A DNA stretch of 32,000 nucleotides from NCBI GenBank assembly GCA_028818705.1, contig JAPPNJ010000161.1, forward strand, positions 21,801 to 53,800, read 5' to 3'. Positions 15,132-24,239 of this stretch are shown one piece after another. The stretch comes from Candidatus Poribacteria bacterium. Its GTDB lineage: Bacteria; Poribacteria; WGA-4E; WGA-3G. The notes under the pieces were generated by a model. That model was not told where the DNA came from and made no database searches. It saw only the letters and a list, made by a program, of their open reading frames with translations. Both the position numbers and the translations under genes were made by a program. The stretch's first letter is position 1, and every line of letters begins with the position of its first letter.

Positions 15132-15977
15132 GTGATTATAAATCCTGCCTACAGAATGATGAACACAGACAATCTCGAACATATCGACTGCCCTATTTGT
15201 GAACAAGATAAGACCGAACTGCTATTTAATAAAGATTCGCTGTCAGTAGTTATCTGCAAACGGTGTCAGTTACGATATGTAAACCCACGCGTCAGCCATC
15301 AGACGCTTGAGAAGGGCTACGTTGAGACTTATTATCCGCCGGATAAGATGGAGCGTATTCATACAGACAGCATGGAATGGTTGCAGATGACGGAACGTCT
15401 CACAGAGTTAGAGAAACATCGTCGAGGTAAGGGAAGGTTGTTGGATGTTGGGTGCGGTATTGGTACATTCCTTCATCTCGCACGCCAGCGAGGCTGGGAA
15501 CCGCACGGCGTTGAGCCATCCGAGAGTGGAAGTGCTTTCGCACAAGAGATGTATAAATTGGATGTAAAATGTGGGGAGGTCTTTGATGCGGATTTTCCGT
15601 CTGCACATTTCGACGCTATTACGCTCTACCATGTCTTAGAGCATATCCCGGAATTAAATCCGTTGCTCAGTGAATTACGTCGGATTCTGAAACCACAGAC
15701 AGGGACGCTTGTTATTGAAGTGCCGAATGGTGAAAGTCTACAGAGCCGTCTCCAGAAAGCAGAATGGCCCTATGTCCATCCAGAGGATCATCTCTACTAT
15801 TTTTCAGCGCATTCCCTACCAAAATTGCTCCAGAAACACGGTTTTCACGACATCACATTGGGCAGTCCAAAGCGCGTGAGTCCGGCAGCAGGATTTCGTT
15901 TCACGCTCCGCCGCGCAGCAACTGCCACTTTAGTCCGATTTCACTTAGGCACAGTGATTCGAGTCTATGCGAGTTAG
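15132..15977 (+). CDS. Class I SAM-dependent methyltransferase with an N-terminal CxxC...CxxC zinc ribbon
   Basis: LLDVGCGIGTF (motif I), ITLYHVLEHIPE and LKPQTGTLVIEVPN. The start is GTG 15132, 2 nt after the upstream stop, or ATG 15156. Confidence 0.8.
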   Translation: MIINPAYRMMNTDNLEHIDCPICEQDKTELLFNKDSLSVVICKRCQLRYVNPRVSHQTLEKGYVETYYPPDKMERIHTDSMEWLQMTERLTELEKHRRGKGRLLDVGCGIGTFLHLARQRGWEPHGVEPSESGSAFAQEMYKLDVKCGEVFDADFPSAHFDAITLYHVLEHIPELNPLLSELRRILKPQTGTLVIEVPNGESLQSRLQKAEWPYVHPEDHLYYFSAHSLPKLLQKHGFHDITLGSPKRVSPAAGFRFTLRRAATATLVRFHLGTVIRVYAS

Positions 15978-16052
15978 GGTTGTGGGGTTGCAGCGTGCAA
16001 GATGCACGTCAAAACCCCTATCTGGAAACTGATGATCATATCTGGGAGTGCG

Positions 16053-16520
16053 TTAGGGCTGCGGTGCTTGGTAAGAAAACGTTTGGATGACATCGTTCAT
16101 AAGGAGCCTTCTCGCAATCGTTTCCAGCGACTCGGCATTCAGGTTACCTGTGAGCCAATATTTATGTCCGGTGCGGACACTTGTGACCGCTGTGATGCCT
16201 AAATCTTTGATGCCTTTGACGGCACTATCGCCGACTGCGTCGGTAACACCGGGCTTGAATTGCACCTCAAGCGTCCAGTCTGTCGTAGAATCGCTTTGCG
16301 TTCTGAAAGTGTAAACTTGTGTAATCGGATCCGCGAGAAGTTCTGCACCAATCCGATCGATAGCCTCTGCATCGAGTGTGCCTTCGATCCAATAAACTGT
16401 GGCTGTCCGAACGGAATCGACGCCACTAATACCGAAATCGGTTATATCTTCAAGGATGCCCTGTCCGATTGTATCGGGCACTTCAGGTTTATAGTAGACT
16501 TCAACTTTCCAGTTATTCAT
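16053..16520 (-). CDS. purS: Tandem-duplicated PurS-like protein (phosphoribosylformylglycinamidine synthase PurS domain x2)
   Basis: Two consecutive units of about 75 aa fit the PurS pattern: VEVYYKPEVPDTIGQGILEDITDFGISGVDSVRTATVYWIEG...LLADPITQ and LEVQFKPGVTDAVGDSAVKGIKDLGITAVTSVRTGHKYWLTG...LLMNDVIQ. Confidence 0.7.
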   Translation of the reverse strand: MNNWKVEVYYKPEVPDTIGQGILEDITDFGISGVDSVRTATVYWIEGTLDAEAIDRIGAELLADPITQVYTFRTQSDSTTDWTLEVQFKPGVTDAVGDSAVKGIKDLGITAVTSVRTGHKYWLTGNLNAESLETIARRLLMNDVIQTFSYQAPQP

Positions 16521-16664
16521 GGTTTTAATTATGGGCCTATCTGGACACTTTTTCTCCGTTGTCGAAAAAGTGATTTTAGGTTAAGTTAGGAATGTTCCTT
16601 AACCAAGGATCGTCAAGGACAACGGACTTGACAATCAGAAGCATTAAATAAAAAGCGATAAAAA

Positions 16665-17489
16665 ATGTCAAATAAACAGATGAATATTTTAGTTTTCGGG
16701 GCGCATCCCGACGATTGTGATATTAAAGCAGGCGGTGTCGCTGCGTTGTATATACAACAGGGACATCGCGTTAAATTTGTTTCTGTTACAAACGGTGATG
16801 CTGGACACCACGAAATGGGTGGTGGTCCCTTGGCGCAGCGCCGGTATGCAGAAGCACAAGCCGCCGCCGAAGTTATCGGTATCGAGTACGAACTTCTGGA
16901 CAATCACGACGGCGAATTGATGCCGACGTTAGAGAATCGGTACAAGGTTATTCGCACAATTCGTGAATTCCAACCAGACCTGATTATGACGCATCGCCCC
17001 AACGATTATCATCCGGATCATCGGTATACGTCAATATTGGTACAGGATGCGGCATATATGGTAACCGTCCCGAATATCTGTGCGCTTACGCCGCATCTGG
17101 AGAAAAATCCCGTCATTGCATATTTGAGCGACGGTTTCATGAAACCCTACCCGTTCACGCCCGATGTGGTTGTCGGCATTGATGACGTTATTGAGCAGAA
17201 GATTGATATGCTCCACTGCCATGTCTCACAGTTCTACGAGTGGCTCCCTTACAATGGCGGTACATTGGACAGTGTTCCTACTGATGCATCAGCACGGCGT
17301 ACATGGCTTGCCGAAGGACGTTTAAATCGTTTTCGCTCCACAGCTGATGAGTATCGCGACTTGCTAATAACACTATATGGTGAAGAAGTAGGTGCACAAA
17401 TCGAGTATGCTGAAGCATTTGAGGGATGCGAATACGGTTCATCACTGACAGCAGAAAATATCCCGACCCTCTTCCCATTCTTCAAATAA
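16665..17489 (+). CDS. PIG-L/LmbE family deacetylase
   Basis: ILVFGAHPDDCDIKAGG...TNGDAGH...HPDH signature motifs. Confidence 0.85.
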   Translation: MSNKQMNILVFGAHPDDCDIKAGGVAALYIQQGHRVKFVSVTNGDAGHHEMGGGPLAQRRYAEAQAAAEVIGIEYELLDNHDGELMPTLENRYKVIRTIREFQPDLIMTHRPNDYHPDHRYTSILVQDAAYMVTVPNICALTPHLEKNPVIAYLSDGFMKPYPFTPDVVVGIDDVIEQKIDMLHCHVSQFYEWLPYNGGTLDSVPTDASARRTWLAEGRLNRFRSTADEYRDLLITLYGEEVGAQIEYAEAFEGCEYGSSLTAENIPTLFPFFK

Positions 17490-17508
17490 GGAGTCTCGTT
17501 TTAGTCAC

Positions 17509-17769
17509 ATGCCAACAGAACAAGCCAGTGCCAGAACGCTCATGGTCATTGTCAGCGTTATCGGTCTTATTTTCGCGATTGTTATGGTTATTCTCTTTTT
17601 CAATGCTGCACCAGCGCGTTCTAACATTGAGGAACATCGCGGCTCAGAGGCGGACGCTGAATGTCTGAAGTGTCATCTGAAAGGAGACGAAAAATCGCCT
17701 ACGATGCCACATCTGAATCTTGGTAGGTGCATCCTATGCCACGGAATGTCGAAGGAAGAGCCGCGCTAA
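17509..17769 (+). CDS. Small membrane-anchored protein with two CxxCH haem-binding motifs (putative dihaem c-type cytochrome)
   Basis: 86 aa. The N-terminal TM segment is LMVIVSVIGLIFAIVMVILFF, followed by CLKCH and CILCH. Confidence 0.55.
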   Translation: MPTEQASARTLMVIVSVIGLIFAIVMVILFFNAAPARSNIEEHRGSEADAECLKCHLKGDEKSPTMPHLNLGRCILCHGMSKEEPR

Positions 17770-17783
17770 AAACTATGCGCACG

Positions 17784-18680
17784 CTATAGCGCATCTGCAA
17801 ATTGGGAAACCGCTTTGATTCCTACCCACGTAATATTATCTTCTGTTTCGCGCACAACCTGAACGCATTGAAACTGATTTGCCGCTAAAACCGATTCAAT
17901 CTGCGCGAGTTCTGTGTCAAGTATTCCGGAGAAAATGACGATTCCTGCCTCGTGGAGTCGTGGCGTGCAGTATGGAATGATCGGAAGGATTGCCTTTGTT
18001 AGGATATTTCCGATGATAAGATGATATTTGCCCTCCACGTCCTTGAGTCCATCGCCTTGGGTCAAACCAACCTGCGATGCGATACCGTTTATTTTAAAAT
18101 TCGCTGCTGCAACAGGAATCGCTGTCGGGTCTAATTCGATCGCGTTGACCCGTTGTGCTCCCAACTTCATAGCGGCGATACTTAAGATACCAGAACCGGT
18201 GCCTATATCAGCAACGTGGTAGTATGGTTCAATCGAGTCTTCCAATAGTTCGAGGGAGAGCCGCGTGGTGGGATGATGCCCAGTACCGAATGCCATGCCT
18301 GGGTCAAGTTGAATCAAAACATCCGTCTCGTTGTGAGAGACGTTGCTCCACGTCGGTATAATAAGAATCCGTTTTCCGACGCGCCGCGGTGGGAAAGCCG
18401 CTTTCCACGCTTCTTCCCAATTCTCAGATTTGACGGGTTTTAAGTCAATTGTGGCGGGGTGTGCTTGAATTCCCCAGGTCGGAAGTTCTGCGAGGAAATC
18501 ACGGAGCCTCTGCATTCTTGCACCAACGCGGTCATCTAATGGATAATAGGCGATAAGGTTTACCGTAGGCGCGTCGTTATTCTTGAATTCAACGCCCGTC
18601 GCGTTCATCTCAAAGAGACAGTTAGCGACTGCTTCCGATGCTTCTTGGGAGGTAGTTACGGTAATTCTCACCCAATTCAT
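17784..18680 (-). CDS. prmA: Ribosomal protein L11 methyltransferase
   Basis: PrmA architecture and motifs: WEEAWKAAFPP..., DPGMAFGTGHHPTT and DIGTGSGILSIAA. It sits in the conserved position downstream of dnaJ. Confidence 0.85.
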   Translation of the reverse strand: MNWVRITVTTSQEASEAVANCLFEMNATGVEFKNNDAPTVNLIAYYPLDDRVGARMQRLRDFLAELPTWGIQAHPATIDLKPVKSENWEEAWKAAFPPRRVGKRILIIPTWSNVSHNETDVLIQLDPGMAFGTGHHPTTRLSLELLEDSIEPYYHVADIGTGSGILSIAAMKLGAQRVNAIELDPTAIPVAAANFKINGIASQVGLTQGDGLKDVEGKYHLIIGNILTKAILPIIPYCTPRLHEAGIVIFSGILDTELAQIESVLAANQFQCVQVVRETEDNITWVGIKAVSQFADAL

Positions 18681-18743
18681 TTTTTACCGTGCCTAAGAGC
18701 TTATGCCCTACTTCTCGCACTGTTAGAAAACTGGATAATTCTA

Positions 18744-19898
18744 TTATTCGTCTTCATCATTGCGTCCCAACAACTTATCCCAAATTCCGCCTTCACGGGC
18801 AGAATTTGTCTTAGCTTTATATTCTCCGCCGTGATCATTGTGCTGGAGTTCACCGCGCAATTTCGCAAATTCTTCTAACTTCTCGCGTTCTGCTGCATTA
18901 AGATGTTTAGGGGTTTCAACCTCGATAGCGACAACCAGATCGCCTGAATAGGAGCGTCTGTAATGCGGAACGCCTTTGTTGGGGATACGTAACTGGGTGC
19001 CATACTGCGTGCCGGGCGGAATTTGCAACGCTTCTGGACCCTCAATGCCATCAACTGTAATTCTTCCACCGAGTGCAGCTTGGACGAATGAAATTTTGGC
19101 TGATGTAATAAGGTCATTTTGGTTGCGTTGGAAGCGTTCATGCGGTGCAACATTGATAACAACAAACAGATCGCCCGGCGGCGCGCCGTTAGCGCCTGCC
19201 TCACCTTCCCCACGCAACTGGTACTTAAAACCGGTGTCAACGCCTTTGTCAATATTCAGTTTGATCTCTGCAGTATTTCGGACAAACCCCTTCCCTGCAC
19301 AAGACGGACAGGGATCTTGAATTATTTCACCTTCACCGCGGCAGTTCGGACAGGTCCGTGACATTGTGAAGAAACCCTGCGTTTGACTGACTTGACCGCG
19401 TCCGTAGCATTGGCGACACGTCACAACCCTCGTTCCGTGTTTTGCCCCACTCCCTTCACATGTAGAACAAGATTCAACCCGTGGTACATGAATCGTCTCC
19501 TCTTTGCCATGGATGACATCCTCAAGTGAGACTTCGAGATTGTATTGTAAACTCCGTCCGCGTTTGGGAGATCTGTGAGTGCCACCGAATCCCCCCAAGA
19601 GATCTCCAAAGACATCTCCGAAAATGTCGTCGAGGTTCACTCCGAAACCGCCGAAATCGCTACCGCTGTTCTCTAATCCTGCGTGTCCGAACCTGTCATA
19701 AAGTTGTCGTTTTTCATGCGTACGCAGGACCTCGTAAGCCTCTGTAGCTTCCTTAAATTTGTTTTCGGCTTCTTGATCCCCAGGGTTTTTATCTGGATGG
19801 TATTTAATGGCGAGTTTGCGATATGCCTTCTTTATCTCATCTTCGTCGGCATCACGATTCACGTCCAGAATCTCATAATAGTCGCGTTTTTCCGTCAT
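18744..19898 (-). CDS. dnaJ: Molecular chaperone DnaJ (type I)
   Basis: J domain [33 protein letters not shown], a G/F region, and four CxxCxGxG zinc-finger motifs. Confidence 0.95.
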   Translation of the reverse strand: MTEKRDYYEILDVNRDADEDEIKKAYRKLAIKYHPDKNPGDQEAENKFKEATEAYEVLRTHEKRQLYDRFGHAGLENSGSDFGGFGVNLDDIFGDVFGDLLGGFGGTHRSPKRGRSLQYNLEVSLEDVIHGKEETIHVPRVESCSTCEGSGAKHGTRVVTCRQCYGRGQVSQTQGFFTMSRTCPNCRGEGEIIQDPCPSCAGKGFVRNTAEIKLNIDKGVDTGFKYQLRGEGEAGANGAPPGDLFVVINVAPHERFQRNQNDLITSAKISFVQAALGGRITVDGIEGPEALQIPPGTQYGTQLRIPNKGVPHYRRSYSGDLVVAIEVETPKHLNAAEREKLEEFAKLRGELQHNDHGGEYKAKTNSAREGGIWDKLLGRNDEDE

Positions 19899-19918
19899 AG
19901 AGGCACCTTCCTATTGTA

Positions 19919-20773
19919 CTATTCGGTATCGTCAGCAGTATCGCTGTCTTCTGGTTCTTCGTTCACTTCTTCTTCCGCAGGTCCCTGCGATACGACTACT
20001 TGTGATGCACGCAGTACGCGGGTGTGCAACATGTATCCCCGCCGGAACTCTTCAATCACTTTGTCGGCGGGTATCTCATCTGATGCGACAGCCATCAATG
20101 CCTCATGCCGATATGGATCAAACGTTTCACCTGCAGCTTCAATCGGCGTAAGTCCATGGGTTTTGAGCGCGCTTAATAATTGTTTATGAACGAGTTGTAC
20201 ACCTTCGTTGAAGGTGGCGAGATCGGGTGAGCCATCGTCGGTTTCAACTTTCTTACTTACGCTTTTTATCGCCGCTTCAAAACTATCGAGCACAGGCACC
20301 ATACCTTCCAAAATCTCTTCGTTAGCGAACTTGAGTTTCCGTTGATAGTCAGTTTCCATGCGTTTTTTGGTGTTTTCCGCTTCGGCGGCTGTCCGTAGCA
20401 GGAGGTCGCGTTCCGCTTTGTATTCGTCATGGATGTGTTGCACGGCGGCTGCTACCTCTTTTTCGAGTTCTGTACGAAACAATTCCTCACGTTCCGCTTC
20501 GTATTGCTCGTGCACGCGTTGTACAATCATCTCTACCTCTTCCTTGACTTTCGAGGTGAGGTTGGCAGCCGTCTCTTCAACGGGCGAAGTGCGATCTTCT
20601 ATCCCTTTCTTTACTTCTGATTTAACTGTGTCAAATGCTGTCTCTGCAATCTCTCGCATACGTATGACAAATGTTTTCTCTTCACCTTTGCCAGCATCGT
20701 TATCCGGAGATGTTTCTGTCTTTTCTGTTTCTTCTATTTTTGTTTCTATGTGTATCTCTTTAACGTCAGCCAT
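19919..20773 (-). CDS. grpE: Nucleotide exchange factor GrpE with an extended N-terminal coiled-coil region
   Basis: The C-terminal GrpE core is RTAAEAENTKKRMETD...GLTPIEAAGETFDPYRHEA...VIEEFRRGYMLHTRVLRASQVVV. At 284 aa it is longer than typical GrpE. Confidence 0.9.
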   Translation of the reverse strand: MADVKEIHIETKIEETEKTETSPDNDAGKGEEKTFVIRMREIAETAFDTVKSEVKKGIEDRTSPVEETAANLTSKVKEEVEMIVQRVHEQYEAEREELFRTELEKEVAAAVQHIHDEYKAERDLLLRTAAEAENTKKRMETDYQRKLKFANEEILEGMVPVLDSFEAAIKSVSKKVETDDGSPDLATFNEGVQLVHKQLLSALKTHGLTPIEAAGETFDPYRHEALMAVASDEIPADKVIEEFRRGYMLHTRVLRASQVVVSQGPAEEEVNEEPEDSDTADDTE

Positions 20774-20947
20774 GATGAAATCCTTTTTAATAGTTGTCAG
20801 TAAATCAACGGTATGAAGCCCGTGTGGGCTTCCCCGCCTTTCAGTTATCGGTTTTCAGTTAAGAGCCTATTTGTAACCATCATCTCCAACTTGGCGTGCG
20901 CTAAGGCTGTTAATAAAGCCCTCTTAACCGACTACTGGCAACCCGGT

Positions 20948-21021
20948 GAATGCCATTAAGGCATGAATACCGTTAATTTTGATTCTGATTTTGAATGCCC
21001 TAAGGCATGAATACCGTTGAT
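20948..21021 (+). repeat. Two direct copies of GAATGCC(A/C)(T)TAAGGCATGAATACCGTT(A/G)AT upstream of grpE
   Basis: Copies were read at 20948-20974 and 20993-21018. The ATACCGTTGAT core recurs in inverted orientation at 20804-20814, 30 nt upstream of the grpE ATG. Confidence 0.5.
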
Positions 21022-21036
21022 TCAGCCGATAGCTAT

Positions 21037-21783
21037 TTAACCGTGAACGGCGTCAGCAAACTCTTTCATCAGTTCAAAAGAGCCATTTTTCTCAAGCACG
21101 TTGCCTGTTACGACAAAATCAGCACCCGCCCCTACCTTTTTCGCTGCGATTTCGGGTGTGCGGATGCCGCCACCAACAATTAGCGGGATGTTGATTTGCG
21201 CTTTCACTGTGGAGATCATTTCGTTTGGAACGGGGTAGGTCGCACCACTCCCTGCTTCTAAGTATACCATCTGCATACCGAGATATTGTGCGGCTAATGC
21301 GTGTGGTCCTGCGATATCTGGTTTATCGCGCGGAATGGGTATTGTCCCGCTCATAAATTCAACAGAGGTTCTGTTGCCGCCTTCGATGAGCATGTAGCCA
21401 GTGGGGATAGGTTCAAGTCCGTGGTGTTGTATCCACGGCGCGGCTTTAACTTGTTCGCCAATGAGATAGTTTGGATTGCGTCCACTGATAAGACTGATAT
21501 AGAGAATAGCATCAGCGTGAGGCGTTAAGTGCATCGAATCGCCCGGAAAAAGCACGACCGGAAGTGCTGTTTCCTGTTTGATTGCTCTCGCAATCGGATG
21601 CAAATCGTTCGTTAAGAAACTGCCCCCCAACAAAATCGCATCTGCTCCAGCTTTCTCGACCTCGCCTACGAGTTTGGCACACTTTGGGACCTCGCACTGC
21701 TCAGGATCGATAAGAACAAGATAGCCAGCGTTACGCTTTTTCAATACCTCGTTAAAGTGGTTCAAAACCCAATTTGATCTCAA
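21037..21783 (-). CDS. PcrB/GGGP-synthase family protein (geranylgeranylglyceryl- or heptaprenylglyceryl-phosphate synthase)
   Basis: YLVLIDPE..., GADAILLGGS, LFPG, YLEAGSGA and IPLIVGGGIRTPE...GADFVVTGN are family hallmarks. The start is TTG. Confidence 0.8.
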   Translation of the reverse strand: MRSNWVLNHFNEVLKKRNAGYLVLIDPEQCEVPKCAKLVGEVEKAGADAILLGGSFLTNDLHPIARAIKQETALPVVLFPGDSMHLTPHADAILYISLISGRNPNYLIGEQVKAAPWIQHHGLEPIPTGYMLIEGGNRTSVEFMSGTIPIPRDKPDIAGPHALAAQYLGMQMVYLEAGSGATYPVPNEMISTVKAQINIPLIVGGGIRTPEIAAKKVGAGADFVVTGNVLEKNGSFELMKEFADAVHG

Positions 21784-21895
21784 ATGCGGTTTGTCCTTTT
21801 TTACACATGTTAAATCTCGGCTTGTAATTATCCTTTTTGAAGGACTCGCGTGCCGCCCACACTTTTAAGAATTTTACCATATTTACAGCGATTTG

Positions 21896-23116
21896 TCAAA
21901 TTCTCTGCTGTCGTGCGAGTTCATAGAGAAGAACCCCTGCCGCGACCCCGACGTTGAGCGACGATTGTCCAGATGCCATTGGGATGCGGACGAGTTCTGT
22001 GCAACGCTCGCGTGTTTCCATAGAAAGCCCGGTATTTTCATTACCGACAACGATAGCCGTGGGAGGTGAGAATTTTGTGGCGTATAACTCTTTTTCTGCA
22101 CTGGCAGTTCCACCTAATACACGCCAGCCTAATGCGCGTAGTGTCTCAATAGCGGAACCTATATCTGTCGCGGCGTACAACGGCACACGCCCAACCGCTC
22201 CTCGCGACGCACGCACACAATTTTTGTGCAATGGACTCGCTCCGATACTGCTCAGTAAGATAGCCGATACGCCTGCTGCATCTGCTGTACGTAATGTCAT
22301 ACCCAAATTGTCTGGGTTCGCAATGTTCTCCGCGATGAGCATTGTACATCCCGGACTAAAGTGAAAATTGGGAGCACCTGACGCTGACAAAAATTGCTGG
22401 AACTTAAAGTGTACCGATGCCATAACTGACGGAATCGGGCGGGTTGTGGTGATGGAACCCATTACGCCATCACTTACTTGGTAGCAGGAAAGATTGTCCG
22501 CGAATACTCGCTTTAAAAGGTTTTTTCCGTCTGAGGTTGTAAGTAGAGCAGTGGTATAAAGAACGCCTTCAATCGGCAGCCCATCTTCGACTGCCCGTTC
22601 TACCATCAGGTTTCCTTCGACAACAAATTGTGAGTGCTCAAGTTTGCCCTTCAAGGTAGTCAATTTACGCATATATGCAGCAATCGCATCTTTGCGTTTA
22701 GAAACAATCCGCTGTTCGGCTACCGCGCCACTCCCTCGTTTAACACCTCGGTAAAATCTTCCAGCATCCGTATCAACAAGCTTACCTTCTAAGACATCGC
22801 GCATTCCGTTGTCCATCCACGCTTCCGTTGGGTGGAACATACCGGTGCATTGTCTCGGAAAGGCGAGAAGTAGTTCTCTCAAACCTCGTTCGGTTGTAGC
22901 CCTGAGATAGACTTTATAGTCAGCATCAATCGCATCCTCTGGCGTCATCAAGAGGACCCCGTCGAGTTGCTGCCAACCTGAGGTAAGTACTTGATAGGTA
23001 GGTTGCCATTCTCCGGTTTTGGAAAAGGTGTGGTATGCCTGCTTAAAGCGCGAAACTATCTCAGCATCTGGATTTTTTCTCTCCAAGAAAGCAATAACTT
23101 TATCGTAGTTTGTCAT
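21896..23116 (-). CDS. SpoU/TrmH-family RNA 2'-O-methyltransferase with a non-canonical N-terminal extension of about 160 aa
   Basis: C-terminal motifs are IANPDNLGMTLRTADAAGV, VVGNENTGLS and RIPMASGQSSLNVGVAAGVLLYE. ATG 23116 overlaps the upstream UbiA stop (ATGA). Confidence 0.8.
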   Translation of the reverse strand: MTNYDKVIAFLERKNPDAEIVSRFKQAYHTFSKTGEWQPTYQVLTSGWQQLDGVLLMTPEDAIDADYKVYLRATTERGLRELLLAFPRQCTGMFHPTEAWMDNGMRDVLEGKLVDTDAGRFYRGVKRGSGAVAEQRIVSKRKDAIAAYMRKLTTLKGKLEHSQFVVEGNLMVERAVEDGLPIEGVLYTTALLTTSDGKNLLKRVFADNLSCYQVSDGVMGSITTTRPIPSVMASVHFKFQQFLSASGAPNFHFSPGCTMLIAENIANPDNLGMTLRTADAAGVSAILLSSIGASPLHKNCVRASRGAVGRVPLYAATDIGSAIETLRALGWRVLGGTASAEKELYATKFSPPTAIVVGNENTGLSMETRERCTELVRIPMASGQSSLNVGVAAGVLLYELARQQRI

Positions 23117-23961
23117 ACAAACGTTCCGAGGTAGATGGCACCGAGCCCTACAAATATGTCCCACTTCATCCAACGTTGGATGGATGCACAACTTTCTCTG
23201 GAAGCATCACGCAATAGACGAGCTGCCAACCCGATAAGTACGAAATCGACACCGAGTACGACCGTAAGTAGATAGTGCCATGAGTACCATCCAAGTAGGT
23301 ACGGGATAGGACTAAATAAGATGACAAGTGCCATGAAACCGACTGCTGTTCCTACAGCGAGTCGTGGATTGAGAATTGCGAGCGTTTTAACGCTGTTTTT
23401 CAGGTCGCCCTCTGTATCCTCAATATCTTTGATAATCTCTCGTGCGCCTGTGAACAAGAACGCAAAGATGGCGGGAACCAGTGTCCCTTGCACCGAGTCT
23501 ATCGCTACACCTCCAGCAACGAAGGTTACGCCAGTTAAGCCGCTGACGACCAAATTTCCGATAAACGGAGTGCGTTTTAACCAGAGGGCGTAACCGACAA
23601 GTGCGGCGGATACGAGGATTGCAAAACCTGTAGCATTTCTATTAATAAGTGTTCCGAGCCAGATACCGATTACGATGAGAACCATCGCGAAAATAAAAGC
23701 GTGTAGCCTCTGAATCCGTCCAGAAGGAAGCGGTCTCATTGGACGGTTAATCCGGTCTATATTGTAGTCACAGTAGTCGTTTATAGCGTTCCCAGCGGAT
23801 AGCAGAAGCAACGCAGCGATGGAAACCAGCAGAAGCCGCATATCCCAGAGGTTTTCCGTGCTGCCTCTGCTCGCGAATACACCTCCAAGCCATGCCGAGA
23901 TAAAAGCAATAATTCCGTTGAGGGGACGTGCCAATTCAATGTAAGCGAATACCGTCTTCAT
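23113..23961 (-). CDS. UbiA-family prenyltransferase, DGGGP-synthase-like
   Basis: ARPLNG at the N-terminus, the first Asp-rich motif NAINDYCDYNIDRINRPMRPLPSG, the second motif KDIEDTEGD, and multiple TM segments. Confidence 0.8.
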   Translation of the reverse strand: MKTVFAYIELARPLNGIIAFISAWLGGVFASRGSTENLWDMRLLLVSIAALLLLSAGNAINDYCDYNIDRINRPMRPLPSGRIQRLHAFIFAMVLIVIGIWLGTLINRNATGFAILVSAALVGYALWLKRTPFIGNLVVSGLTGVTFVAGGVAIDSVQGTLVPAIFAFLFTGAREIIKDIEDTEGDLKNSVKTLAILNPRLAVGTAVGFMALVILFSPIPYLLGWYSWHYLLTVVLGVDFVLIGLAARLLRDASRESCASIQRWMKWDIFVGLGAIYLGTFV

Positions 23962-24239
23962 TTCTTCGGCACCTCAATCTTTTTTGCAATGTGTCAGTTA
24001 AGGATAAAGATAGGTGGGCGGATAATACCGGTGTCCCAAGGGATTCGAGTCTCGCAAATAACGTATAGAGACCGAAGCTTACCCATAATCGCAAGGGTTG
24101 AATCGTATCCGGTGATTGTGGAGATGCGTTACCGTGATGATACCTTAAAAGGACGGGGGTCCAAACCGGAAAAAGAAGTGTCGGGCGCAAAACTGCTACG
24201 TAGTCGAAGCGTTGAAACATTTTGTTTCTGGTAGTGTGT

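Noticed and set aside
20358-20816. 152-aa plus-strand ORF opposite grpE, and the 168-aa ORF at 19683-20189
   Set aside because: These are Ser/Arg-rich low-complexity translations antisense to clearly identified grpE and dnaJ.
20774-21036. CIRCE/HrcA operator upstream of grpE
   Set aside because: No match to TTAGCACTC-N9-GAGTGCTAA was seen on either strand. The different repeats that are present are reported in the findings.
24030-24060. tRNA-like T-arm sequence (gggattcgagtctcg) in the lpxD-ubiA spacer
   Set aside because: I could not build an acceptor stem, D-arm or anticodon arm around it. It is not the canonical GGTTCGAnTCC, so the resemblance is probably chance.
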